A DNA stretch of 64,000 bases from the human T2T-CHM13v2.0 reference genome, Homo sapiens, in NCBI RefSeq assembly GCF_009914755.1, contig NC_060934.1, one strand, 5' to 3'. Shown piece after piece: positions 14,290 to 27,477 of this stretch (positions are counted from its first letter, which is position 1; every line of letters begins with the position of its first letter). The notes under the pieces are model-generated. The model searched no databases and had not been told where the DNA came from. It was given only the letters and a program-made list of their open reading frames with translations. The translations under genes were made by a program, and so were the position numbers.

Positions 14290-15410
14290 AACCGCACAAT
14301 ATTTCCCAATCTGTCTACTTTTGTCCATGTCACTGTTACTGCCCTAGTACAACCCATCATCTATCTCTCACAAGGACTCTCACAATGATATCCTAACTGG
14401 TGTTCTTGCTTCCTCATCTCTCTCCGTAATCTATTTTCCATACAGCAGCTAGAAGATTATTTTAAAACACTCACGTTTTTTAAAACTCATGTCCCTCTCC
14501 TCTGATTAAAGCCATCTAGAGATTTCATATAAAATTCAACTTTGTCTGTAAAGCCCCACATGGACAAGGCCCTGCCTTCCTCTGTAACCCTTTCTCTACT
14601 TCTCTGTCCTCTCTTCTACAACTCTGGCTTTCTCTTTGTTTTTTGGTTTTGTTTCGTTTTGTTTTCGCACAGCAACCATTTTATTAAATAATTAGAATGT
14701 ACCAAGGTCCATATTAAATACTTTACATTCTTTCTTTTACTCCCTTCCGTCCAGCCTATTAGACAGCTTTAAATAACCCCAGTTTGTACACTCAGAAAAA
14801 TGGCTTAAATGACTTGCCTAAAATTATGTAGGTAGCAAACAATATTTGACTCAAAAGCTCCTACTTTTAACTGGATTTTAGTCTTAGTTGTTCCAAGTGC
14901 TAGGAGATAGTGAAGAATTTAGGATTCTGTACTCATACAGTGTCTTGGACAATGACACTGTTTTCAGTTGAATTTAATCAACATTTGTTTAAAATTTACT
15001 TGTGTCTGACCTTCTCTTTATTCCTGGAATTTGCCAAGACTACTCCTAATTCCGGATTTTGCTGAAATGTTCTTCTCCCAGGTTTTCATATATCTGATGC
15101 TCCTGCATACCCAGACTTCAGTTTAACTGCCATCTCCTGAGGACTTCCATGATCACAAAACTTACAGCAGTCCCTAAATAGTCATTATGACCAAGTAATT
15201 CACTAGCACTTCACCCTGCTTTCTGGTTTTTTTCTTCAAAGCACTTACTACTCTCTAAAATGATCTTTTCCATTAATTTTTAATGTGTTTATTCTCTGTG
15301 TCTCCCACTAGAAATATGAACCTTCTCATAGCAGGCATCTAATTTGTCTTTCCACCAAACCATGGTGAGAACATAGCAGAAGCTCAATAAATAATCTGCT
15401 AATTGAATAA
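14290..15410 (+). mobile_element. L2 3' region, interrupted by a MIR fragment at ~14770-14870
   Basis: cctaactggtgttcttgcttcc, tattttccatacagcagctaga, tctgtgtctcccactagaa and the L2 terminus ctcaataaataatctgctaattgaataa. Confidence 0.7.
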
Positions 15411-15897
15411 AGAGCCCCAAAATATGTGAGTGCATACTGAAGTTTTAAGTTACAAGGTTATATGTAACATTTGATTAGATATTAGATATTAATGATTTCA
15501 AAAACATAGTTCTATGAAGGACTGATTATTTAGTTACCTGGATCAAATAATTTGCTGTCAGGTAAGTAGCTTAGCCATTCTCATCTACGAATATAGATGA
15601 GAACAAAGCCAATAAGGTAGCTCATTGTTTATTTTGAATTCAGCTATCTACACAAAGCATGCCAAAAATAAACTAGAAACATATTTGAAAACAAACAAAA
15701 AGAAGTTTCAGGAAAACTAGACAGAGGTGTCCCCAAATAAGAAATATGTATGAAGGGAGAGGTTAGATTTTGGGAAATATCTTTTGGAACTCTAAATCTA
15801 ATTTTTATCTGGGGAGAACTAATAGATGTCAAAAATAGACTTTCACATGTCTTGCAAAGTTCAATGGATGATTACAAAGTCATTAAACATTTATACA

Positions 15898-15900
<3 letters not shown>

Positions 15901-15930
<30 letters not shown>
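15901..15930. repeat. (CA)15 microsatellite
   Basis: Direct read. Confidence 0.98.
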
Positions 15931-15933
<3 letters not shown>

Positions 15934-15934
15934 C

Positions 15935-16620
15935 CGCACACACACCCAACATCCCCCTCTCAAGGAAATGGATCTTTAACTTCCCACACCTTGAATATGG
16001 GCTGTACTCACTGCCTTGTTACAAAAAAAGTAGAGTATGGAAAGAGAGAAAAAAAAAAAGTTATAACGCAAAACATGGCAAAAATTGACTTGTTCAGGTC
16101 GTCAAGGTTAGCAACATCAATGGTAAGTCACGATGACAGCAGATAATCTTGTTATTAGTGATAAGAATGGTACTTCAACTCTGTGGTCAAGCTCCCAAGA
16201 CCCATAATCCCAGTGTCACCATCAGAAAAATTTCAGACAACCTCAAATTGAGGGGTATTCAAACCATCTAACCAGTATCCCTCAAGACCGTCAAGGTCAT
16301 CAAAAACAAGAAAAAACTGAGAAACTAGCAGACATTAGAAGAGGTTATAGGAGACCTGGATAATGGGTGGGATCCTGGAACCAAAAAATAAAAAAGGACA
16401 TTAGGGAGAAACTAGTGAAATCTGAATAGAGTGTGGAGTTTAGTTAATAAAATATAATGTGGTACTGATGTTGATTCCTTCATTTTGATAAATGTGTCAT
16501 GGTAATAGAAGATGTTTACAATAGGGGAAACTGGGCATGGAGTCTGTAGACTCTGTACTGCTTTTACAACTTTTCAGTAAGGTTGAAATTATTCTGAAAG
16601 ACAAAGTTTACTTTTTAAAA
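15935..16620 (+). mobile_element. L1MC/L1MD-type 3' end
   Basis: cccataatcccagt...cagacaacctcaaattgagggg, gggatcctggaacc...ggacattaggg...gaaatctgaataga, ggggaaactggg...ctctgtact. Confidence 0.75.
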
Positions 16621-17321
16621 AACAAAGCAATTCTATATGCAATAATCTCAAATATATTTATTGATATGCTCAGTGAAGTACAGCGTATATAGATGCAGTC
16701 ATAAAAAGCCTGTGTGCACAAACTTGCTTGTGCATAAAATCTTCCTTTAAAGATAGATGGATCACTTTTGTAAAATGTAGTAGTAATAGCTTACACTGGA
16801 ATAGTAAGAGCAGCATTAATACAGGGCTTACCATGTGTCAGGCATGACTCTAAGTGTTATATATGGATTAACTCATTTATTTCTCACAAAAATCCATAAA
16901 ATCAGTATTATTATTTATGCAGAAGACTTTCAGTTTGACTACTGGCATTATTTACTAATGTGTTGGGCATTTCTCCTGGTCACTTACAGCCTCTTCAGAT
17001 GAAATTTCACCACTTAAACTATGACTTCTTTTCTTATCCTCCCTCCCCACAATATAATGGAAGGTTGGCAGTGGGCTTAGTCATTTGGCATCTTCTGTAA
17101 AAATTTACCATTCTATTGATAACTAGGCCACATGGAAAATACACATTTGAAACTCACTTGTCTCTGCTAATATGCACGCTTAATACAGTTTGAGTGACAT
17201 ATATCAATTGGAATTATCCCCAAGGATACCAACCCTAGAGACCTTACCATTTGAAAAGGGTATATCATAACCTCATTTTAATATTAAATTTTAGATTTTA
17301 TGTCAATGGGGCCCATGTAAT

Positions 17322-17735
17322 CAGAGGTTCTTAAATTGGGATATATGGACCCCTCCAAATGGGTCTGTGGATAGAGCTTGGATGGGAAAAGTACATCTTT
17401 ATTTTCACAGGCATCTCACTGAAATCTAGCATTTCCTTCCATTATAAATACGGGCATGATACAAGTCACAGTAGTATTCACAGATTACATTTAGGCAGAT
17501 ATCTCCTGATATGACCTAAAACATCATGATATCAAAAATATACCTGGTGTTAGACCCTCTCCTAGATCTCATTACCTAATGCAACACTAATATATAGCTA
17601 TTACTTTATTACAATTTTTAAATTTTTCAATAATGATTTCAATATAATTTCTTATATTTCATTTCACACATTTAAATTTTTCCTTCTTATAGGTTCATCA
17701 GGCTGCTAAAGGGATCTAAAAAAAGGGGGTCAGAA
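17322..17735 (+). mobile_element. hAT-Charlie (Charlie4a-like) DNA transposon
   Basis: cagaggttcttaa terminus, cttggatgggaaaagtacatctttattttcac, ctgaaatctagcatttccttc. Confidence 0.7.
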
Positions 17736-20041
17736 TGAGAGTTTAGTACATGATGCAGAATGTATCTGCTCCACTCGTCTTGAAACAAATGAAGGGCCCT
17801 ACTCAGCAAATGCTTGTGTCTTGAAGAAGTGAAAGAAATCAGCATTCCCAATTCATGTTTTATGGTTTGATTTAAAATGGTTCATTCTCCACTTTTCTAT
17901 GAATAACTCAAAAGGAGTTTGGAAACTAAGACGAGGTATCAGGCCTTTTTCCAACAGCCATTAGTGCACTGACATAGCATATGCAAACCCCCAGCAGTGA
18001 CAGGGCCCTAACTAGAACCTCACTTGCTCTAGGAGGGCACAAATGGTAAAGACAGCTCATCCTGAATGTTTTGAATCACATTTTCCTAAAATGTGAGTGT
18101 GGCATCATGCAATGAAGTGCTAAATATTGACTTTAAAAGGCAAAAGAGTAAAAAGGATCTTCCTATAGTAGGCCAAATTAGGAGGGAGAAATGCAAATTA
18201 TAAAGTTTATATGCAAATATTATATCCCTGAATTTCAAAAACATTTACATCAGTTTCAATGTTCTGTTTCATTTCTTCAAATAATTTAAATAGAAAGCCA
18301 TTTGCAGAAAAAATGCTAAATGCTATTTCTCAAGCATTAAAATTAGAGATTACCATAATGAAATGTTGATTATCACAAGAAATACTTCATCAAACATGTT
18401 ACGAAAACCCATATCCAGTGGCTATGGAATTACAAGCTATTAGTTCAAGAACCCAGACTGCAATTTTGCCAGATACTGGTATCAAGTTAATTGATATGTA
18501 GTTTCTGCAATCCATCTTTTCCACTTTTGGGACACTGGACAAGAGCTGTCTCATTTTAGTGTCCCCATCTCTGCTTGTCTATCTGTAAGAATACAGTGAA
18601 CAGTTCTGAGGCACACTCCTCAGTCTCACTCAATACACATCCATGTATAATTGAAAATAGATAATTTAAATATAAACATTGGTTACAAGCATTTATTCAA
18701 GCATTTGTTTAAAAACTGTTCATTAGTATTGGAAAGGCAAAATCTGTAAAGGTTAAGAGGGATTTAAGTAAAAGATGGCTCCAAAGAATTCAGCTAGAAC
18801 AAATCCTGACCATAAAGTTTTAAATGATCTTGTATTCATTCAGAGATGACTTTCAAGGTCAAGAGGACAAAGGCACGGTAGGTTCCGAGTCACTGATTTA
18901 TGTCAAAGAGTGCACAATAAGTAAAAATAAGCAGTGGAAAGAATGCAAAGCTACATGTATGTTTTCTTAATAAGATAGTAGCAAAAGCAGTATTGTGACA
19001 TCATCATGTTTTTATAAGAATTCTTTTATTTGCTTCAAGGTCTAATTCAATACCTACTGCCTTTGAGGTGGAGCTCACCTTTTAATGTAGCAAGATCAAA
19101 CCAAAATGCCTTCAACAAATAAAGTTTCTCTGGAAAAGGCATTTCTACAAATAAAAACTTCCCAAAAGATGTAAACAAACAATATCAAACACAAAAGTTG
19201 ACAAAAAGAAAACACACATAAAAGAAAATATTGCCTCTAATTTGATTGCTGGCTTGTGACAAAGCTTGTGAACTCCTCTCCTGGTTGCATAGCAACGAAT
19301 CTAAGCAGCAGTTCTAGCCTGTAAGAAATTTCCATGCCAGAGCTGTGGAAATAGAAGCTAGCTACTCAGTATATTTTTCAAGGTTACCTAAATTTGCAAA
19401 AAGTAAAAAAGGAAAATAGAATAATGCTTTGGGGGTTTCCAGAACCAAAGATGTGGAAGGAATTTCTCCAATGCCCATCTATAACATTTTCAATGAGTGG
19501 CCACCACCTATGCTCAGAGGAGATAACTCCCATATAGGAAAGAAAGGCTCCAACACTCATAGATAGTGTGCTTTATTATTGAAACAAGTAAGCTCCAAAC
19601 AACTAAATCACCAAGTTCAAGAGCCAGAAGGTAGAAAATGGACCTTCTCTCCATAAGCACCAACATTGTAGTCCACTTGCTGTGCTGCTCCCTAGATGGC
19701 TATTGAACAGCAGAATGAGATTTAAGTTTTGCTGCCTTAAATTTTCCAGTAAACACATGATTAGAGCTTAATCTTTTAGTATATTCCACCATTCTTGTAA
19801 ATGGCTGATTGCAGTCCCGTTCAAGTCCCTAAAATGGGCAATTCGTTTCCATAGAGCCTCATTTTAAAAGCTTGAGCCTGGTAAACGTGATCAGTAAACT
19901 GAACTGGCATCAGCACAACTGATAGCCACAGACCAGCTTTCAGTCTCTCTCCTTTTAGGTTCTACAGGAAACACATAAATGACACACATGACAAGATGTG
20001 ATCTGTCTACAGACTCAAATGCACTTAAAGAAGGCAAAGCA

Positions 20042-20200
20042 GGCCAGGTGCAGTGGCTCACACCTGTAAATCCCAGTACTTTGGGAGGCTGAGGAAGGAG
20101 GATCACTTGAGGCAGGGAGTTTGAGACCGGCCTAGGCAACATGACAAAATCCCATCTCTACAAAAATAAAATAAAAATATAAAGAAATAAATAAATAAAA
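20042..20200 (+). mobile_element. FLAM / Alu left monomer
   Basis: Single left arm followed by an A-rich tail. Confidence 0.88.
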
Positions 20201-21919
20201 AGGAAAATAGAGACACACACAGAAGGATTCATAAGCATTTATGAACTAGTTTTAGTTTCTCTATACTTAGTTATAGATTCTATCCATTAGTTACAGATTT
20301 TATCCATTCATGTTTAAAGTCCAGGCCACCAAGGAACAAAGCTTGCTTGCTTCTTACAAGGAAACTATGTGAATGGGAGCATGTGGTCTCTTAAAGGAGT
20401 TGAGTCAAATAATGGGATGATGGAAAAATCAATGGACAAAGGCCTGTGCTGTATTCATAGGCAGGTCAATATGTGGCTTTGTGCAAGTCATGTAAGCTGA
20501 GATTCAGTTTGTTTATCTATAAACTTGTATTAATAAGAGCTTCTCTGCTCATTTCATAAGGATGATTTTTAAAAATCAAATAATTTCAAGTAAAGTGACA
20601 GAAAGCATTTACAAACTTCTGAATACTCTTTATGACTTCATGCAAAAGTTCCTGCCTTCTAAAGTCATGTTGTAGGAGTGCCATATTGGTACTGACAATT
20701 TCTAGAGCTTCAAATTATCAGTCGAAAGTGGCAAATTTTAATTTATTTCTGTCTATAAAGAAGTTCTTGGAAAAAAATAAAAATGTAGCTTTATTATTAG
20801 ACTTTAAGCCATCAGAAAATTTAGTGTTAGCAGTTGATGAGTAGCAATATTGACAATTAGAAAAGGAACATACAAATGAAAGGTAGTCAGTCTCTTCTCA
20901 GTTCCCTATACTTCCTGATTTTTAAAAATGATGCATTTCTTAGTTTTTTGATGCTGAATTAGAAAAATAATAAACACAGTTATAAATTTGGGTTGAGGAA
21001 CATTTTCTTTTGGAACACAGTTAACAGTACAATACTAAAAATAATTTAAAAGTTTTTTATTAATCAAATTAATTGGTCTCATGAGATTTTTTTTTTAAAG
21101 TACACAGGATCCTTTCTAAAACATACATTTCTGTAGAGAGAAAAGTCTTCCCTCATTTGGTGATTAAAATATTATGTTTTCATTTTAAAAGTATGGCTTG
21201 TATATAAAAAGCACTTATATAGCTGTTGAATTAAAAGTGAAAGAAGAGTTAACAAGTTTTAGACACTGGGGAGTATGTCTAAGAGCTGATTAAGGTAAAA
21301 CCTTGCTATGCTTGTACTCATCAACTGTAAGCCTTTGTTTGGCCACATTTGACATCATTGGAAAAAACTGTTGAGTTTACTTTAATAAGGTATCCTGGTA
21401 GGAAAGGCCAGTCTTTATCAGGGAGCATGGAATTCACAGAAGAGAGGAGTCTGAGAAGAAACACATTCCCTACCCAGCCGAGAAGTGGTTCCTTCTATGG
21501 CTGTAAGCCTTGACTTGCCACATTACTCATTTCAGCTTCCTGCACAATTTCAAAAGCATCCCCTATGTCATGATAAATGTTGTGTTGAAATCATCAACAG
21601 CTAAGTCTACTAGCAAAATGTGACTCTCACTGCTCCCCAGATCCGGCAGGAAGAACACTTGCACATAACAGATGTATGGAACACACCCAACAAGCTGTTG
21701 CATATTGAGTTCAAGTCTTATCTCATGCAGAGGTATCAAGGAAATGAGAGGGCTTAAACCTTCCTTTGAATTGGAACAGATAAAGGCCTATAAAGAAAAA
21801 TAGTCTTTATGTAAGAAAAGGCTTATTTAATCAGCCTTCCTGTCCATATATATGCACTCATTGAACACAAGAACTTTAGAAAGCATTATCTTCCAGTCAA
21901 GATGAAGAGAACTCATATT

Positions 21920-22135
21920 TGCTCAGTGATGGCCTGTGCTATGCACCATACTGGGTGTTATAAACCATCCCATAAGGTAGGTATTATATCTATTTTGCAG
22001 ATAGATAACCAGAGCTCAAAGAGGTAAAGTGTCTAGCCCAGGGACACACAGACAGTAAGGATTGGGACTAAAATTTGAGTCTGAATCAGTCTGACTTTCA
22101 GGCTCACCCACTTTACCTTACACCACATACTGCCT
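21920..22135 (-). mobile_element. MIR
   Basis: ccataaggtaggtattatatctattttgcagat...gaggtaaagtgtctagcccagggacacacag (reverse core). Confidence 0.8.
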
Positions 22136-22769
22136 CCCTTTCTAATATAAAAAAAAAATTACTAACGGAGGCTGAATCCAGCCCAGAATACCTTAATCAT
22201 TGCAAAAGGCTGCCTATCGAATCCTGGAAACTTTCCATTAAAGAGCAACATATTTACATGCCAGAAGGTTTTAGCATATGCTCTATCTATATCATTTCCA
22301 AGTACCTATCAGCATAGTGCTCCGGAATCCTGACAAGGCTGACATCTTAATTGCTGACTCTTTCCACAGAAGGTTATACATGCTTCAAATTATAGCTAGA
22401 TATTCAAAACACTGGATCAAAGTTGAAATAAATAAGTGAAGCAAATAACTGTCACCAATATGTCTTTGCTGGTTAGAATGCAAATCTAGCAAATAAAAAA
22501 CTATGGTGGGACATAGGAGGTAGGGTACAAGTCAGAGCACGCAGGTGAGTAGCCAAGAGTGAGGCTGTACCCAAAAACCAGAGAATGGTCACAGAGAGAA
22601 GAAGCTTATGGCTGAGGGAGAAACCTACCTAATGCCGTTATCAGCCACAGTGACCTCCAGCTGATTGCCCTGAGAGTGACCAGCTGGGACCAGCACTTCA
22701 AATGTCATACCTGGAAATCCTTGACGAATTTTTCTGTTTTCCTTTATCCAGATGTATCAGCAGGCAGCA

Positions 22770-22965
22770 TGGCCCTGGGTGGGGCATGATTTGGGGACTC
22801 ACTGAAATCTGGGTTCAAACAGAGCTTTGCTATATACCAACTACTTTGAACCTCTGCTCCCCCATCCATAAATTGAAAGTAATCAAGCCAATTTCACAGA
22901 ATCAGTAGAGAATCCAATGAGTTAACATCATATAGCACATAATGGCCACTTGGTAAATGTTAGCT
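22770..22965 (+). mobile_element. MIR
   Basis: ctgggttcaaac...aacctctgctccccatccataaattg...taaatgttagct. Confidence 0.6.
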
Positions 22966-23829
22966 CCTTTACTCTTGTTTTTTACTGCACCATTTGAAGT
23001 AATTAAATATCAGCAGACTGGCCATAAGCTCAAAATACAAACCACAATCAGCTACATCAGGAAGTCTTTTTCTCCTTTGTGAACCTAAGAATATATATAT
23101 GTCCTACTTTTCTATGGCCTGAGAAGGAAGCATTTTTTATTGCAATAACGTCTTCAGTTGGGAGATACAGACTAAGTAGTGAGTGATATGCATTATACTT
23201 TATTGTGAAGAGAGAAGCATATCATTGTAGCTTAGAGAATACAGTATTTATCATGTCAAAGCTCCTCCCCCTGGGATGAATTAGCAGAGTAACTCCCACC
23301 AGAGGCTCAGCAGACATCTGAGACTTTCTAGATCTCTAACTTACATCATTATATATTCTAAACAAATACACATGCACAATGTGAGTTTGTGTATGCAAAC
23401 ATATATATTTTACGTCTAGGAATATCCAGATTACATATGTTTAGTGATAGTACACAGGCTAGATAGACAAATAAAGATGTATTATTAAAGACCAAAGTAA
23501 GATTAACATCCTCAAATCCTGTTCCTCTATTTCGGATCCCACTGTTAGAATATCTTAAATGTGGAGTATGTGACATGTGAGTCAGGGAGATGGGCATAGG
23601 AAGAAACCTTGACCCTTTTGAAACTGAACTGTAAAGCATCTTTTCCTAGCTCCATCACCAAGTTCTTGTCTACTGCTTTACTATTATACTTTAACATTTT
23701 TTTAAGCCCTCATGATTTTCTATGTTTTAGCATCATCTTCTTAAAACCTGCTACCTGGAAAATGGGGTTAGAATGCCATCAATTGAAGAAAAGGAAAGAG
23801 GAAGGAATGACTGTATAGTAGTGGTGGTG

Positions 23830-24075
23830 ATCATTGAAATTTATCAAACGTACTTGCCAAGAACTTTTTGAGAACAGTACATTCTCAGTTAATTATCCTA
23901 ACAACCCAGTGAGATAGATACCTGTTATTAATTACCTTTAGAAATGAGAAAATTGAGGAATAAGGTGGTCTAGTAACTTCTTCATGATTCCTAATGAGTA
24001 ACTAGCCAGCCAGACTCCAACCAAGTCATTGTCATTGCAGAGCTCTCACTCTGAATTACTAGGCTATACTGCCCT
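23830..24075 (-). mobile_element. MIR
   Basis: aacaacccagtgagatagatac...aatgagaaaattgagg. Confidence 0.75.
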
Positions 24076-24769
24076 CCAGATGGAGGGAGCTTGTGATCAA
24101 GAGCTATTGCATTACCCAAGTTAGGACCACAACTTCCATCACAGAGATGAATATTGTAGAGTAAGAATTTACCTTAGAATCCCAGGGTGCGTTTAGATGT
24201 GACAATAGATGTAGATGTGACATGAATAAATCCATAAAAGGGTCTACCACAAAGGGGACTTCTTTTTTCCTTTTTTTTTTCCTTGCCAACTATGGTAGAT
24301 TCAAAAGGGGACTTCTATGAGAGTTACAAAACAGTGAGATAATATGACAGAATATGAGATAATATGACAGTGACATATTACACAATGCAGACTGCTTGAA
24401 AACCACTGCACTGCATCAAAGAAATAAGCATTCATGGATACCTTACCATATCATAACCCATAATTGCATCCAACAACATCTGTGCTAGACTGAAACACAT
24501 TTATACTGGATGATCTCTTGCCTTAGAATTTAAAGCCTAACTTTAGCTTATCTTTCAGCCATATTTACCCCCCTAACAAAAATATGATCCTTAATTGTGC
24601 CTAACTATATTTTCTAAAGATTTACATATTAGAAAACAATTATACAGTTAACAGTTCCAGCACAGTTGGAAAACAATTGTTTACTAGATTTTTAAATTAA
24701 ACTTTAAGGGTTAATCAGAATATAAAGAGAATTAGAAGGCAAAGGGAGTCTAGAAAAATATTCACCACC

Positions 24770-24950
24770 AAAATGATAAAGGAATAATAGTATTAATATA
24801 TAAAAAGCTCATATAAATTAACAAGAAAAATACTAATACTCTAATAAAATAATACCCAAAGACATGTACAGACAATTCACAAAAGAAGTCATTAAATATT
24901 TACGAAGCATGAAAAAATATTCTATCCATTAGTAATCAAAGAAAGGCAAG
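24770..24950 (+). mobile_element. Old L1 (L1ME-like) ORF2 fragment
   Basis: caaagacatgtacagacaattcacaaaagaag...cattagtaatcaaagaaa. Confidence 0.65.
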
Positions 24951-24980
24951 GAGGGCCACTTTTGTAGAAAGATTGCTTCC

Positions 24981-25247
24981 TGCCTGTAATCCCAGCACTT
25001 TGGGAGGCTGAGGTGAGCAGATCACCTGGGGTCAGGAGTTCAAGACCAGCCTGGCCAACATGGTGAAACCCTGTCTCTCTTAAAAATACCAAAAATTAGC
25101 TGGGTGTAGTGGTGGGCACCTGTAATCCCAGTTACTCAGGAGGCTGAGACAGGAGAATCGCTTGAACCTGGGAGGTGGAGACTGCAGTGAGCCGAGATTG
25201 TGCCATTGCACTACAGCCTGGGCAACGAGAGCGGAAAAAAAAAAAAA
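24981..25247 (+). mobile_element. AluSx/Sq-like, slightly 5'-truncated
   Basis: Begins at tgcctgtaatccc; flanks share ...tgcttcc (imperfect TSD). Confidence 0.93.
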
Positions 25248-27089
25248 TGCTTCCCGAATAAAATCTTCATGGTTGGTCTCTAAATATTGTATTTTTCTAA
25301 ATGAAACTTTACTAACTGCCAAAATCTTGAGTCTAATAACCAACCCAAACTTGAAGAGATCACTGTCATATTTTTAAGTCATTTTCCAGGGCAAATAAAT
25401 ATCCTCACCACAGACTTGAGCAAAGCAAATTAAACCTGTAGGAAAAAAATAAATAAAATGGATGATTCTTCCACCTTCAGGAAGAATCAGATGTCTGCAA
25501 GAAAATACTGTGATAACAGACTTCGTTTCTGAAATCTTTAACAACTTAGAGTGGCTCTAGAAAACAGAGGGGCAATTGAAAAATTAGATTTTCTCAGGGG
25601 CTAAAGGATGCTAAACAGTATGCTTTGTGTCAGCATGAGATAAACAGCTTGTGGCTATGCATCTTTTGGTCTGCCAAACCAGAATTCTAAGCTAGTGGGC
25701 TCGAAGCTGGTGTCAGTTACTTGTAATGTGATAGCTAGATGTCAGTTAACTAAAGTGATCATTCATAAGATAATTTCTATATGAGTAAATTATATACTTT
25801 TATAACTATTCTTAATATTTTATTCTTCCATATGCAAATATTTGCATTTCTAACACATTTGTTAAAGGGCCTACAGTAACACTAGTCTCCTTAGAACAGA
25901 AACCAATACAAATACATCTTCCTCAAACATCACAGAAAGGTGTTTAGGGACCGATACTCCAAAATGAAAACAGGAGTCTTTTCCTCCTACAGAGCACACA
26001 CCTTCAAGAAGGGCTCACTTGAATCAGCAGAGGAAGGACACACCTGGCCGCCTGCTGGCTCAGTTGTGAGGATAAATAAATGCCAGAGGATGCAGTCAGA
26101 GTGCTCGCACTTCTGAACCTAACAGAAGGCAGTCTCCCCACATACAGACCTGCAGGGCAGCCTCGCACTGGAATAGTGGTAGCCCTGACTTCTTCTGAGT
26201 GTAGAATGAAAACAAACTTTTGCAAGCAACCAAAATCACCCACCCACTTTTAGTCAGCCTCATTGTAACCCATACCCTTACACTGGGCATGAGTCAATTC
26301 TGACAGTTCTTAGAATTGTGTCATTGGGATTCAGACTTTGCCTGATATGCTGCAGCATTGTTCCTGATGACTCATATTCCACAGTTCAAAGACAAAAGAA
26401 TTCTACAGATAGGCTCACACTTTCCTTCATCCTTTCTATTAAGTAAATCGAATGCCCTGACAGCACACCTATCTATAGATGTCAAGTCACATTTACAGGC
26501 ATCTAAATCAAAGGCTTGCCTAGGCAAGTGTTTGGCATACAAGATCTAAAAAGTGACCTCGGTTTCTTAAATGTTGCCACGGGAGTCATATTCTATAGAG
26601 ACACATTATCAAAGCAGTGGAGGAGTGGGGCGAAGAAATGGGGAAAGAATCAGATACTACACAAAATAAATGGTTTTCCTTTTATTTTTATTGACACTCT
26701 TATCTCATTCAATTCAGAATTCATCCAAACTACCTCTTCAATTTGTACACTATGAAGTGTACACTGTCTCATTACCTAATCCCAGGAGGATTTTAATATT
26801 TTAGCTGAGTGAGGATATTCAATAACAGAGATTCTGAAAAAGGATTCTGCATTTTCCGCAGAGGCCCCAGACATTTTGCTGGCAAAGAGGGTTGGACCAT
26901 TAAGTGACAGGAGCTGCAGGGGCTGATTGGGTGCCAAGCAGCAAGTTATCTCTGTCGAGTTCAGAGCTCTCACATCTGAAATGGACATTCTTTGAAATTA
27001 TGACAAGAAAGAAAGAAGGCAAACTGAGCAGACAGGACAGTCAGGGTTCCAAAGCACTGAGGCAGATGAGTATATACCAGATGGGTTAA

Positions 27090-27477
<388 letters not shown>

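Noticed and set aside
21565-21787. Minus-strand acceptor followed by ~74 open codons
   Set aside because: No recognisable domain and no good donor; consistent with chance.
26101-26120. gtgctcgc resembling the 5' end of U6 snRNA
   Set aside because: Only 8 nt match and no continuation.
26776-26988. 70-aa minus-strand ORF (…MSGASAENAESFFRISVIEY…)
   Set aside because: No recognisable protein similarity, and its stop coincides with the donor site; kept only as a non-coding exon candidate.
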